Source: Spirochaetia bacterium (lineage in GTDB: Bacteria; Spirochaetota; Spirochaetia; DSM-2461). From it: a DNA stretch of 64,000 nucleotides. Numbering within the stretch: the stretch's first letter is position 1; each line of letters starts with the position of its first letter. The stretch covers positions 448,001 through 512,000 of the forward strand of contig CAXXIA010000001.1 of the NCBI GenBank assembly GCA_963666985.2. The letters are read 5' to 3'. This document shows, in pieces, positions 19,493 through 28,901 of this stretch. The position numbers and the translations under genes are program-made. The notes beneath the pieces are model-generated. The model did no database searches. It was not told the origin of the DNA and saw only the letters and a program-made list of their open reading frames with translations.

Positions 19493-20059
19493 ATGAAACG
19501 AGCCCTTATCATTGTTGATGTTCAGAATGATTTTTGTCCCGGCGGTTCTCTGGCCGTTTCCCGAGGAGATGCCGTGGTGCCTCCTCTTAATAAACTTATC
19601 AGAGATTTTGAGAAGGCCGGTGATTCGGTGTTTTTTACTCGGGATTGGCATCCGGAGAATCATGTTTCTTTTACCTCATACGGCGGAACCTGGCCGGCGC
19701 ATTGCGTGGCGAATACACACGGCGCGGAGTTTCATCCGGAGCTTCTTATTCCCGATGGCGCCGTTATCATCTCAAAGGCCGCCGATGCCGATGAAGATGC
19801 TTATTCGGGATTTCAGGGCACCGATCTGGATAAAAGACTGAAAGCGCTGGGAGCGGCACAAATCGTTGTCGGCGGTCTTGCCACCGATTACTGCGTAAAG
19901 GCGACGGTGCTGGACGCTCTGATAAACGGCTACGGAGTTTCGGTGATTTCCGACGGTATCGCGGCGGTGAACGCGGCGCCCGAGGACGGCAAGACCGCTT
20001 TAAAGGAAATGGCCGATAAAGGTGCCCGGATTGTCTCTTCGGCTGATCTGATTCATTAA
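19493..20059 (+). CDS. pncA: Nicotinamidase/pyrazinamidase
   Basis: VDVQNDFCPGG, DWHP..H, WPAHCV, GLATDYCV. Confidence 0.93.
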   Translation: MKRALIIVDVQNDFCPGGSLAVSRGDAVVPPLNKLIRDFEKAGDSVFFTRDWHPENHVSFTSYGGTWPAHCVANTHGAEFHPELLIPDGAVIISKAADADEDAYSGFQGTDLDKRLKALGAAQIVVGGLATDYCVKATVLDALINGYGVSVISDGIAAVNAAPEDGKTALKEMADKGARIVSSADLIH

Positions 20060-20138
20060 TTCCTTATTAAGGCTGTTACCTGTCGGATGGAAATCTTCCG
20101 ATTCAATCAGGCCGAAAATCACAGCTGAAAACTTTAAA

Positions 20139-20168
20139 GAAAAACCCGGCCGAGCGGCCGGGTTTTTC
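20139..20168. terminator. Bidirectional intrinsic terminator
   Basis: GAAAAACCCGGCCG-AG-CGGCCGGGTTTTTC perfect inverted repeat between convergent pncA and PFOR. Confidence 0.88.
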
Positions 20169-20188
20169 ACTATACCGTTCTGGAAAAA

Positions 20189-23100
20189 TTACATAATCTC
20201 GCCGATTTTCTTGAAGAAGTTCATGCGTCGCTTGGCATCCTCTTCCGCGCGGGCGAAGAGGGCTTCGGCTTCCTCGGGATTGGTTTTCTGCAGCGATGTG
20301 TAGCGCCGCTCGCCCCTGATGAAGTCCTGGTAGCTGACGGTGGGCTCTTTGGTTTCCCATTGGAACTTCTTGCCTTCTTCATTTCGCGGATCGAAACGGA
20401 AGAGCGGCCAGTAACCCGAATCCACGGCCTTCTTTTCTTCAACCTGGCTCTGACTCATGTCGATACCGTGATTGATACAGGGAGAGTAGGCAAAAATAAT
20501 GGACGGGCCGGGATAGCTTTCAGCTTCCATCATGGCCTTCTGGGCCTGATTTCGGTTGGCTCCCAGAGAGATGGACGCCACATACACGTAGCCGTAGCTC
20601 ATGCACATAAACGGCATGTTTTTCTTGGTCAGCTTCATTCCGCTGTTGGCGAATTTGGCCACGGCGGCGATGGGAGTGGCCTTGGAAGCTTGGCCGCCGG
20701 TATTCGAGTAAACTTCGGTATCCAAAACCAGGATGTTCACGTTCTTACCCATGGCTACAACGTGATCCACACCGCCGTATCCGATATCGTACGCCCAGCC
20801 GTCGCCGCCGATAATCCAGACCGACTTGTCGACGAAGTAATCCTGAAGTTCGATAATCTTGGCCAAAACCTCGGCGGCTTCGCCGGAGGAGGCTTTTTTC
20901 GCGGCAGGCAGAAGAGCCTGAACCGCCAGCTGCTGGTCTTTGGCTTCCTGATCTGTGGCATCAAAGATTTCAAGGCTCTTTTTCAGCGCGGCGGTGAGTT
21001 CCGGAGTGGTTCCCAGTTCAAGAAGCCTTTCAACCTTGATTTTCAAAAGAGTTCTGTTGTTGTCTACGGCCAGTCTCATACCGAAACCGTACTCGGCATT
21101 GTCTTCAAAGAGGCTGTTTCCCCAGGCAGGTCCCCGACCTTCCTTGTTCTTGCAGTAGGGAATCGTGGGGAAGGTTCCGCCGTAGATGGAGGAACATCCG
21201 GTTGCATTGGCGGCGACCATTCTGTCTCCGGCGATTTGGCTCATCATTTTCACATAAGGCGTTTCGCCGCATCCGGCACAGGCGCCCGAGAACTCGAAGA
21301 GCGGCTGCTTGAACTGAAGGCCTTTGAGACTGGTGATCGGTGCGCCGTCGAGAACATCTTCGGGCAGGGTAGTAAAGAACTTCTGATTCTCAACCTCACC
21401 GGCTTCGCGCTCAATATCGATATAGCTCCATTCCAAAGCCTTGGTTTTGGCCGGGCAGGTTTCCACGCAAACGCCGCATCCCTGACAGTCTTCGACATAA
21501 ACCTGGATTTTGTACTGAAGTTCCTTATCGTTTTTCGTTTTGGAAAGCAGAGTGCTGAAGGTCCCCGGAGCGCCGGAAAGATCCGCGGGAGCGATCTGCT
21601 TGGCGCGGATGGCCGCGTGAGGACAGGACTGAACACACTGGTTGCATTGGATACAGTTTTCGGAAATCCATTTGGGAACGCGCGGAGCCACACCGCGTTT
21701 TTCCAGCTGGGATGTTCCGATCGGCAGGGTTCCGTCGAAGGACATGTCGGAAACGGGGATGTCGTCTCCTTTCAAATGCATGGTCTTTTCAATGACGTTT
21801 TTCGTAAAGTCATCCGAATCGGCCGGTACCAGCCGCGGAGCCTTGTAGCATTTGCCGGGCAGGGAGGAAGGAACGTCCACTTTCCGCAGGGCGGCGGCCG
21901 ATTTGTCGATGGCGGTCCAGTTCATCTTGACGATGTCTTCACCCTTCTTGGCGAAAGTCTTCTTAACGGCGGCCTTCATCAGATCAATGGCTTCCTGCTC
22001 GGGCAGAATGCCGGAAATCTTGAAGAACGCGGCCTGCATGACCGTGTTGGTTCGCCCGCTCAATCCGACTTCCTCGGCCACGTCGTAGGCATTCATGCAG
22101 TAGAAGCGGATTTTTCGGTCGATCATGATTTTCTGTTCCGCTTCGGTCAGATGGAAGAAGACTTCTTCGGGAGAAATCGATGAGTTCAAAAGGAAAACGC
22201 CGCCTTCCTTCAGCGGACCCAGCATGTCGTAACGGCCGATGTATGAGGGATTCGAACAGGCCACGAAATCCGCTTTGGTAATCAGCCAGGGCATGTTTAC
22301 CGGGCTCTTTCCGAAACGCAGATGGCTGGTAGTGATGCCTCCTGATTTCTTGGAGTCGTACGAGAAATAGCCTTGGGCGTTCATGTCGGTGTTGTCGCCG
22401 ATAATCTTGATGGAGTTCTTGTTCGCACCGACGGTTCCGTCGGAACCGAGGCCCCAGAACATGCAGCTGACGACATCGGCGGGAGCGACATTGATTTCTT
22501 CTTTCACCGGAATGGAGAGATTGGAAACATCGTCGGTGATACCGACGGTAAAACTGTGGAAGGCTTTATCATCCAAATGGTCGAAGACGGCCTTCACGTG
22601 ACTGGGAACGAATTCCTTGCTGGAAAGACCATAGCGGCCGCCGATGATTTTGATGTTTTTTCCGGCCAGTGCGGTCATCACGTCCATATAAAGAGGCTCG
22701 CCGAGGGAGCCGGGTTCTTTTGTTCGATCCAAAACGGCGATTTTCTTTACGGTTGAAGGAATCGCGTCGATGAAATGCTTTGCGGAGAAGGGCCGGTAGA
22801 GGCGGACTTTAACGGCTCCCACCTTTTCTCCTTTGGCGACAAGATAGTTTACGGCAAGGTCGATGGTGTCGCAGGCCGATCCCATCGCGATAATGATTTT
22901 CTCGGCATCGGGAGCGCCCACGTAATCGAAAAGGTGATAGTGGCGGCCGATGGCGGCGCCGACTTTATCCATGTAGTCCTGAACGATTTCGGGAACCGCG
23001 TCATAATAGTTATTAACGGTTTCCCTGCCCTGGAAGTAGACATCCGGAGCCTGCTGAGCAACCTTGACGATCGGTTTCTCGGGCCGCATGGCCCTGCTGC

Positions 23101-23713
23101 GGAAGCGTTCGATATATTCGGGCTCGATAAGGCTTTTAATGGTTTCAAAGGAGATTTCCTCAACCTTCTGGATTTCATGACTGGTGCGGAATCCGTCGAA
23201 GAAATTGAGAAAGGGAACCTGGGATTTCAGTGTGGCAAGGTGGCTGACGAAGGCAAGATCCATCGTTTCCTGAATACCGGCGGCGGCCATCATGGCAAAA
23301 CCGGTGTTCCGGCAGCTCATCACGTCGGAATGATCGCCGAAGATGGAGAGTGCCTGAGCCGCAAGGGAACGGGCCGAAACATGGAAAACGGTCGGCAGCA
23401 TTTCACCGGCAATCTTGTGCATGTTGGGAATCATCAGAAGTAAACCCTGACTTGCGGTGAACGTCGTGGTCATGGCGCCTCCCGAAAGAGAACCGTGAAC
23501 GGCTCCCGCGGCACCCGCTTCGCTCTGCATTTCAACGACATCGATTTTCTTCCCGAAGACATTCTTCATCCCGGTACTGGCCCAGGAATCGGTGTATTCT
23601 CCCATGGGAGAAGACGGAGTGATCGGGTAAATTGCGGCAACTTCGCTGAAAGCATAGGCAACGTGGGCGGCAGCGGTGTTGCCGTCGATTGTGACCATCT
23701 TTTTATCTGACAT
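20189..23713 (-). CDS. nifJ: Pyruvate:ferredoxin (flavodoxin) oxidoreductase, homodimeric type
   Basis: AIYPITPSS, EMQSEAGAAG, two CxxCxxCxxxCP motifs, ACAGCGET, GGDGWAYDIG. Confidence 0.97.
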   Translation of the reverse strand: MSDKKMVTIDGNTAAAHVAYAFSEVAAIYPITPSSPMGEYTDSWASTGMKNVFGKKIDVVEMQSEAGAAGAVHGSLSGGAMTTTFTASQGLLLMIPNMHKIAGEMLPTVFHVSARSLAAQALSIFGDHSDVMSCRNTGFAMMAAAGIQETMDLAFVSHLATLKSQVPFLNFFDGFRTSHEIQKVEEISFETIKSLIEPEYIERFRSRAMRPEKPIVKVAQQAPDVYFQGRETVNNYYDAVPEIVQDYMDKVGAAIGRHYHLFDYVGAPDAEKIIIAMGSACDTIDLAVNYLVAKGEKVGAVKVRLYRPFSAKHFIDAIPSTVKKIAVLDRTKEPGSLGEPLYMDVMTALAGKNIKIIGGRYGLSSKEFVPSHVKAVFDHLDDKAFHSFTVGITDDVSNLSIPVKEEINVAPADVVSCMFWGLGSDGTVGANKNSIKIIGDNTDMNAQGYFSYDSKKSGGITTSHLRFGKSPVNMPWLITKADFVACSNPSYIGRYDMLGPLKEGGVFLLNSSISPEEVFFHLTEAEQKIMIDRKIRFYCMNAYDVAEEVGLSGRTNTVMQAAFFKISGILPEQEAIDLMKAAVKKTFAKKGEDIVKMNWTAIDKSAAALRKVDVPSSLPGKCYKAPRLVPADSDDFTKNVIEKTMHLKGDDIPVSDMSFDGTLPIGTSQLEKRGVAPRVPKWISENCIQCNQCVQSCPHAAIRAKQIAPADLSGAPGTFSTLLSKTKNDKELQYKIQVYVEDCQGCGVCVETCPAKTKALEWSYIDIEREAGEVENQKFFTTLPEDVLDGAPITSLKGLQFKQPLFEFSGACAGCGETPYVKMMSQIAGDRMVAANATGCSSIYGGTFPTIPYCKNKEGRGPAWGNSLFEDNAEYGFGMRLAVDNNRTLLKIKVERLLELGTTPELTAALKKSLEIFDATDQEAKDQQLAVQALLPAAKKASSGEAAEVLAKIIELQDYFVDKSVWIIGGDGWAYDIGYGGVDHVVAMGKNVNILVLDTEVYSNTGGQASKATPIAAVAKFANSGMKLTKKNMPFMCMSYGYVYVASISLGANRNQAQKAMMEAESYPGPSIIFAYSPCINHGIDMSQSQVEEKKAVDSGYWPLFRFDPRNEEGKKFQWETKEPTVSYQDFIRGERRYTSLQKTNPEEAEALFARAEEDAKRRMNFFKKIGEIM

Positions 23714-23927
23714 GGCTAATCCTTATAATAATATGAGCTGAGGGCTGAAAAACCCTCATAATCATAAACTGTAGCGTTGAGGCAATTCAATACTTTGCGT
23801 TTTTGTCGTTATGTATTTCGTTATGTTAGATAAGAATAAATTAGTTAGATTGTAATAATTCATCTCCGGCGCAGGATGGCCACATAAGCGGGATGAGAGC
23901 TGATAATCAGGTTCCGACGGAGCTCTT

Positions 23928-24290
23928 TTATTCAATATTTAATACAAGATTGGGCAATTCTTCGGTCGGATCGTAATCATCGCCTCCCAAACGGTCGAGC
24001 AGCGAAAGGAGGTTTTTCAGGGAGTCTTCACCGATTCCGCTGAATTTAAGGCGGTAGCTGTCTTCATCCAATCCGACAACTTTACACTGAACCCTGAATT
24101 GATTTGCAGTTCCGTCAAGACTGAGCGTGGCGATGGATCCGACGGGAGGAAGCTTTTCTTCAATCGTTTTTACCCTCGCGCCGATCAGGGAAATGTTGTC
24201 ATACACAACATGGATTTTGCGTCCGTTAATGATCAGCGTTCCCTGAGCCGCGTCCGCATCTTGCCGATGAAAGGAGCGTTTTTCTTGCAT
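23928..24290 (-). CDS. PilZ-domain protein
   Basis: EKRSFHR (RxxxR) and DNISLIGA (NxSxxG) c-di-GMP-binding motifs. Confidence 0.8.
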   Translation of the reverse strand: MQEKRSFHRQDADAAQGTLIINGRKIHVVYDNISLIGARVKTIEEKLPPVGSIATLSLDGTANQFRVQCKVVGLDEDSYRLKFSGIGEDSLKNLLSLLDRLGGDDYDPTEELPNLVLNIE

Positions 24291-24381
24291 AATTGAGAAT
24301 TATACTCTTCCTTTTACGGTTTTTACAGCCGTGATTGAGCCTCTGATGAACACCGTGCCGCTTCCGTGATAAAGTCGTTTC

Positions 24382-24867
24382 ATGATAAAGGTTCCCTCTC
24401 ATCGGTTTCGCTTTATTTTACTGATGTTGCTTGCCGCCGGAATCGGCAAAGCGTCCGCGGAAGAGACCGCCCGCCCGCCGTCGGCCGTTGATTTTTCCGG
24501 GATGCTCGGCTGGACTTCCGATGAAGCCTACACTTGGCTCGGCGCTCCGGAAGACTTTTTTCCCTACCGGGACGAATCCGGAGAAGAGTGTGTCGTTTTT
24601 TATTTCAAGGATCACACTTATCTTTTCTGGTATGAGGGCAGGGTTTGGCAAGTTCGGGCGGACGAACGCTGGGAAGGCGAGCTTGACGGCGTTGCGATGG
24701 GCGCATCCCGAGGCGAGGTTGAGGCGATATGGGGTTCGCCGATCAACGACTTCGATCCGAATCCCACGTGGACACTTCCGGACAGAGGGTATCCGGTTCG
24801 GATTCGCTTGTATTTCGACGAAGAAGACCGCTTAATCGATCTTTACGTTTACAGGAGCGATTGGTAA
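24382..24867 (+). CDS. Secreted hypothetical protein
   Basis: Signal-like N-terminus; stop overlaps the next start (TAATG). Confidence 0.7.
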   Translation: MIKVPSHRFRFILLMLLAAGIGKASAEETARPPSAVDFSGMLGWTSDEAYTWLGAPEDFFPYRDESGEECVVFYFKDHTYLFWYEGRVWQVRADERWEGELDGVAMGASRGEVEAIWGSPINDFDPNPTWTLPDRGYPVRIRLYFDEEDRLIDLYVYRSDW

Positions 24868-26432
24868 TGCCCCGAAGTCCGCGGTCCCCGAACGCGCAAG
24901 AATCGATAATGGGAGCTTCCCGGCTGTGCCTCTGCCTGACGGCGCCGACATGTGAGGGTGTTCTTAAACAGATTGAACGCTACGGAGCCTTTATCGATAT
25001 GGCGGAGCTGCGGGCCGATCTTCTGGAGCCCGGCGAAAGGCGGAAAATCGGAGAACTACCTTCCCTCGTCGGTATGAACATTCCTCTTATTCTCACCGCG
25101 CGCCTGAGGGAAGACGGCGGCCGTTGGGGACTCTCCGGCGAGAGAATCGAAGATCGGGAAACCTTCTTCCTTCAGCAACTGGAGTCCGGCGGCTGGGCTT
25201 ATGCGGACCTTGAATATAACCGGCCCATGCCGCATGTCGTCTCGGCGGCGGCTTCGGCCGGATGCCGCATTATCCGGTCACATCATGATTTCTCGGGCAA
25301 TCTCCTCTCGGCGTCTCCCGAAGAGCTTGCCTCGATGATTCGGAACATGGCCGCGGAGGGCGGAATCCCCAAATTGGCCGTATCATGCAAAAGCGGCCGG
25401 GACGTGTTGACTTTGGCGCAAGCCGCGAAGGCCGCCGGGGATGTTTCCGAGAAGGTTCTCCTCGGCATGGGGGAATACGGCGCTCCCACCCGCATCTTGG
25501 CGCAGAGGCTGGGATCGGCCTGGACATACGCTTCATCGGCAGGTCTTCCGGACGATCCCCCGGCGGCCGCGCCCGGACAGATTGATCCGGAAACCCTGCG
25601 GAATCTTTATGGCTTTCATGAAATAGAAGCCCAAACACCTTTATACGGGATTGCCGGAAATCCCGTGTCCCACAGCCTCTCCCCGCAAATCCACAACGGA
25701 TGGCTCCGGAAGGCCGGATTGCCGGGAACCTACCTGCCGTTTCTCACCGACGATTTAAAAGTTCTTCTGGAACTGTGTGATTTATGGGGAGTCACGGGAT
25801 TGTCCGTTACCGTTCCTCATAAGAAAGAGGCCCTTGCCCTCGCGGATCGCGCCGAATCCTTGGCGAAAACCATCGGCGCCGCGAATACGCTTGTCCATTC
25901 AACAGGCGGATGGACCGCATGGAATACCGATGTGGACGGCTTCCTCGCGCCGCTCTTTTCGGCTTTGAACGGAGAGGAAGGCAAAGAAGGGGAAGGGGAA
26001 AAACTGGAAGGGCTTCGCGCCCTTGTCATCGGAGCCGGGGGCGCGGCTCGGGCGGCGGTCCATGCGTTATCGAATGCCGGTGCCGATGTCCTTGTTTTGA
26101 ACAGAACCGTATCTAAAGCGCAAATTCTGGCGGAGGAAGTCGGCGGAACGGCCGGACCGCTTTCGGCCGAGTCTCTTCCGCTTCTGAACGGTACGGACAT
26201 CGTTGTTCAGACCACCACCGTGGGAATGCATCCGAATGAGTCCGGCGATCCTGTACCATGGTGGAACCTCTCCGGCTGCTCACTGGTTTACGACATGATC
26301 TATGCGCCTGAGGAAACGGTTTTTCTGCGCCGGGCACGAAATGCTGGCATCCCGACATTAAACGGATCGGGAATGCTGGAGGCGCAGGCTCGTGCGCAGT
26401 TCGGACTGTTTACGGGGACGAAGGCTCCCTGA
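24867..26432 (+). CDS. aroE: Fused type I 3-dehydroquinate dehydratase / shikimate dehydrogenase (AroD-AroE)
   Basis: ELRADLL, IRSHH, MGEYG, AAPGQ (AroD) then GNPVSHSLSP, SVTVPHK, AANT, NTD, GAGGAA, YDMIY (AroE). Confidence 0.9.
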   Translation: MPRSPRSPNAQESIMGASRLCLCLTAPTCEGVLKQIERYGAFIDMAELRADLLEPGERRKIGELPSLVGMNIPLILTARLREDGGRWGLSGERIEDRETFFLQQLESGGWAYADLEYNRPMPHVVSAAASAGCRIIRSHHDFSGNLLSASPEELASMIRNMAAEGGIPKLAVSCKSGRDVLTLAQAAKAAGDVSEKVLLGMGEYGAPTRILAQRLGSAWTYASSAGLPDDPPAAAPGQIDPETLRNLYGFHEIEAQTPLYGIAGNPVSHSLSPQIHNGWLRKAGLPGTYLPFLTDDLKVLLELCDLWGVTGLSVTVPHKKEALALADRAESLAKTIGAANTLVHSTGGWTAWNTDVDGFLAPLFSALNGEEGKEGEGEKLEGLRALVIGAGGAARAAVHALSNAGADVLVLNRTVSKAQILAEEVGGTAGPLSAESLPLLNGTDIVVQTTTVGMHPNESGDPVPWWNLSGCSLVYDMIYAPEETVFLRRARNAGIPTLNGSGMLEAQARAQFGLFTGTKAP

Positions 26433-26489
26433 TCAAGCGGCGTGCTTTCCGTTTTTGCCTTATGAATACTCTTTTCCGGGAATTTTCGT

Positions 26490-26609
26490 TTACACCGAAG
26501 ATGCCAAAAGGGAGATGAGAACGATGGAAAACGTCAATGTTCCGACGGCAAGGACGGAGAGGACCACGATGAGAGTTGTTTCGATACCGCTGAAATGACG
26601 CTTTTTCAT
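26490..26609 (-). CDS. Putative 39-aa single-pass membrane peptide
   Basis: Hand translation MKKRHFSGIETTLIVVLSVLAVGTLTFSIVLISLLASSV*; below the ORF-track cutoff; no clear RBS. Confidence 0.4.
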   Translation of the reverse strand: MKKRHFSGIETTLIVVLSVLAVGTLTFSIVLISLLASSV

Positions 26610-26665
26610 GGACGCAGTATAGCGGTTTGCATCTTATGCGGGAAACCCCGGCCCGGCATTTTTCG

Positions 26666-26827
26666 CAGGCTGTTGAAAAAGGACCTTATGGCCCGTATAC
26701 GGCGTTGAATCAATGCTCGAAATGCTCACGTACAGCCAGTACGCTGCGCTTTCTGTGCTTGATTCGGCAGCGAGCTGCGAGTCTCGCTCGCTATCTTCGA
26801 ACCAAATCTTACTTTTTCAACAGCCTG
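26666..26827. mobile_element. MITE (162 bp) with 16-bp perfect terminal inverted repeats
   Basis: CAGGCTGTTGAAAAAG (26666-26681) and CTTTTTCAACAGCCTG (26812-26827); internal palindromes; no transposase. Confidence 0.75.
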
Positions 26828-26921
26828 TTAGATAGCCTCGTTGTGTTCACTTGAGCTTTCGCCGATTGTCTTTATGAATCTTCCGGAGCGGGGAGTCTCT
26901 TCTTAGCAGCCTGCCTGCCGG

Positions 26922-28901
26922 CTAAAACAATGTGGTCTTGATTCGTTTCAGAAAGCCAATTTTACGAATTTTGAATCGGACTTCCTGTTCGTCCGAAACC
27001 GATAATCCGGAAAGAATATGATCGTCCCCTTCTTTTTCCAGTTTTTTGGGGATGATCAGGTCGGTTTGCACGCTGTTTCCTACGGCATGGGTTACTTCCA
27101 GCCTGTCGTTTCTGCCCGATATGGCCGCTTCGGCCAAACGGATTTTCCCTCTGTAATCCAGCCCTTTCGCGCTCATCACTTCATAACGCCAAGCTTCGGG
27201 ACGGATTTGTTCGGGAACCAGGAGAAGTCGGCGGAGAAGCCTTTCTTCAAAAATTTCTTTTTCTTCCGGCGAAAGACCGGCTTTTTCGGCTTTCAGCCTG
27301 AGTTCCTCGAGAATCTCATCGATATCGATTGTTTTCGGATCTTTCCAGGAATATCCCGCCAAAGCGGGCGTTGAAAACAGTGAGCTTGACGGAAGAGCCG
27401 CCGCGGTATCGGCCTCCCTGTTTCCCCTTACCGGAAGGATGCTCCCCGACGGAGTTTTAAGCGGCGGAATACGCTCCACTCCAACCGATGCGAGCGCCGA
27501 ACGCCATTCTCCTTCAAACGCTGGATCGAGAATCCAGAGACCCGGAGCGGGTATGGAAAGGCTGTAAGGTTCCAGAATACCGGTTTCCGTGACAATTTGT
27601 TCCATAATACCTTCGGCTCTGAAAACCGCGGCGAGAATCAGGCCCGTCGAACTGTGTTCCTTAATCCATTCTTCCGAAAGGGTACGGATATTTTCCGGAA
27701 CGGAACGTCCCGTATGCGTTTCGATTTCCGAAAAAAGTCTTTTGGAATCGATTCCCCGGTCCAGGCCGTCGAGGAAACGGTTTTTGGTTATCCTGAATGT
27801 GGCGACAACATCGGAATTCACGGGTTCGGCTGCCAGCGCAAGGTTACAGGAAAGGGGCATGCCGGGATTAAGGGTGAGATCCCCTACGGGCGTTATCGTC
27901 ATTTTCGGTCTGTCCGTGCTTTCGTTCCGAACATAAGGTCTTGCGAGCCGGCCCCGCTCGTCGGAAACCAATTCTCCCAGAAGTTCCAGATGAGCGATAA
28001 CCTTTTGGGCTCCCTGCGGGGAACAGGAGGATTCCGACCCTACGGCAAGGCGGAAAAGATTCGCCAGCTTTTTCGGTTCGAAAAAGCGGTCTTTCGGAAG
28101 GAATTCGGTAACCATCCTCACGCCGGCGGCGGCTGCCGAAACGGGAATGGAGCGCCCGCAAGCCGCGCGGGCTTTAAGAAAGGTCAGCCGATCATCCGGG
28201 GAACGGCTCTCCATTTCCCTCCAGGCATCCAGGCGGGGGATGAGAATCTCCTCGCTGCGATCCGCCATCCCTGCGGCAAGAAAACCCCGTCCCGCCAAAA
28301 GAAGGCGGTCTTCGCCGCGATCGTCCCGGAAAAGCGATGGGAATCTCGTCATCAGCGTTTCAAGGGATTTCTTGCGCCAGCCTCCTTCTTTTCGAAACAG
28401 GGGGATTCGTTCGCTTAAGAACGCCAGGGCTGAAGTGAGAAAATTATCGTTGAACCACAGTTTTGCTTCCGGAACCGTCCCCTCCGCGCCCGCTCCGGCG
28501 ATTGTGCCGGGACCGATAAGGCCCGCATGAAGCACCTCCCTGCCCAAAGGCGTGAGGGCGTATTCCTTTCCGGGTGTTTTTTTGAAGATTAAGAGCCGCT
28601 CTTCCAGATTGAGCAGTTTTTCCAGTATCGCCGAGGGCCTCAAATGCAAGGAGAAATCCCGAAGTGTCTCCTCGGAAGAAGCGCCGTGGAATGCAACGAT
28701 TGTCAGTATTCGGGAATCTTCCGGATCGATGAATGAAAGAACCCTTTCGCGAACCGAATCCTGTGAGAAAAATTCGGCCGTTCGGCCGACCAGATCGGGC
28801 TTATGAAAAGGGGTGCGGACGGGGCCGAGATAGTTTCGGACCACTTCGAAAAAGGCCGCATCCGGGAGTGAGACAAATACATCCTTCCAGGAGGATTCCA
28901 T
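26922..28901 (-). CDS. XPB-partner protein (Helicase_C_3-like domain, WYL-like C-terminus)
   Basis: Translationally coupled to XPB; ITPVGDL..FRITKNRFLDGLDRG..VPENIRTLSEEW; C-terminal AEAAI..LEV..IIPKKLE..RFKIRKI. Confidence 0.7.
   Translation of the reverse strand: MESSWKDVFVSLPDAAFFEVVRNYLGPVRTPFHKPDLVGRTAEFFSQDSVRERVLSFIDPEDSRILTIVAFHGASSEETLRDFSLHLRPSAILEKLLNLEERLLIFKKTPGKEYALTPLGREVLHAGLIGPGTIAGAGAEGTVPEAKLWFNDNFLTSALAFLSERIPLFRKEGGWRKKSLETLMTRFPSLFRDDRGEDRLLLAGRGFLAAGMADRSEEILIPRLDAWREMESRSPDDRLTFLKARAACGRSIPVSAAAAGVRMVTEFLPKDRFFEPKKLANLFRLAVGSESSCSPQGAQKVIAHLELLGELVSDERGRLARPYVRNESTDRPKMTITPVGDLTLNPGMPLSCNLALAAEPVNSDVVATFRITKNRFLDGLDRGIDSKRLFSEIETHTGRSVPENIRTLSEEWIKEHSSTGLILAAVFRAEGIMEQIVTETGILEPYSLSIPAPGLWILDPAFEGEWRSALASVGVERIPPLKTPSGSILPVRGNREADTAAALPSSSLFSTPALAGYSWKDPKTIDIDEILEELRLKAEKAGLSPEEKEIFEERLLRRLLLVPEQIRPEAWRYEVMSAKGLDYRGKIRLAEAAISGRNDRLEVTHAVGNSVQTDLIIPKKLEKEGDDHILSGLSVSDEQEVRFKIRKIGFLKRIKTTLF

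Noticed and set aside
20360..22183. 607-aa plus-strand ORF, and similar long antisense ORFs over ahcY, MCP, ugpB, polA and fumC
   Set aside because: Shadow frames of well-supported genes with biased codon usage; no recognisable motifs.
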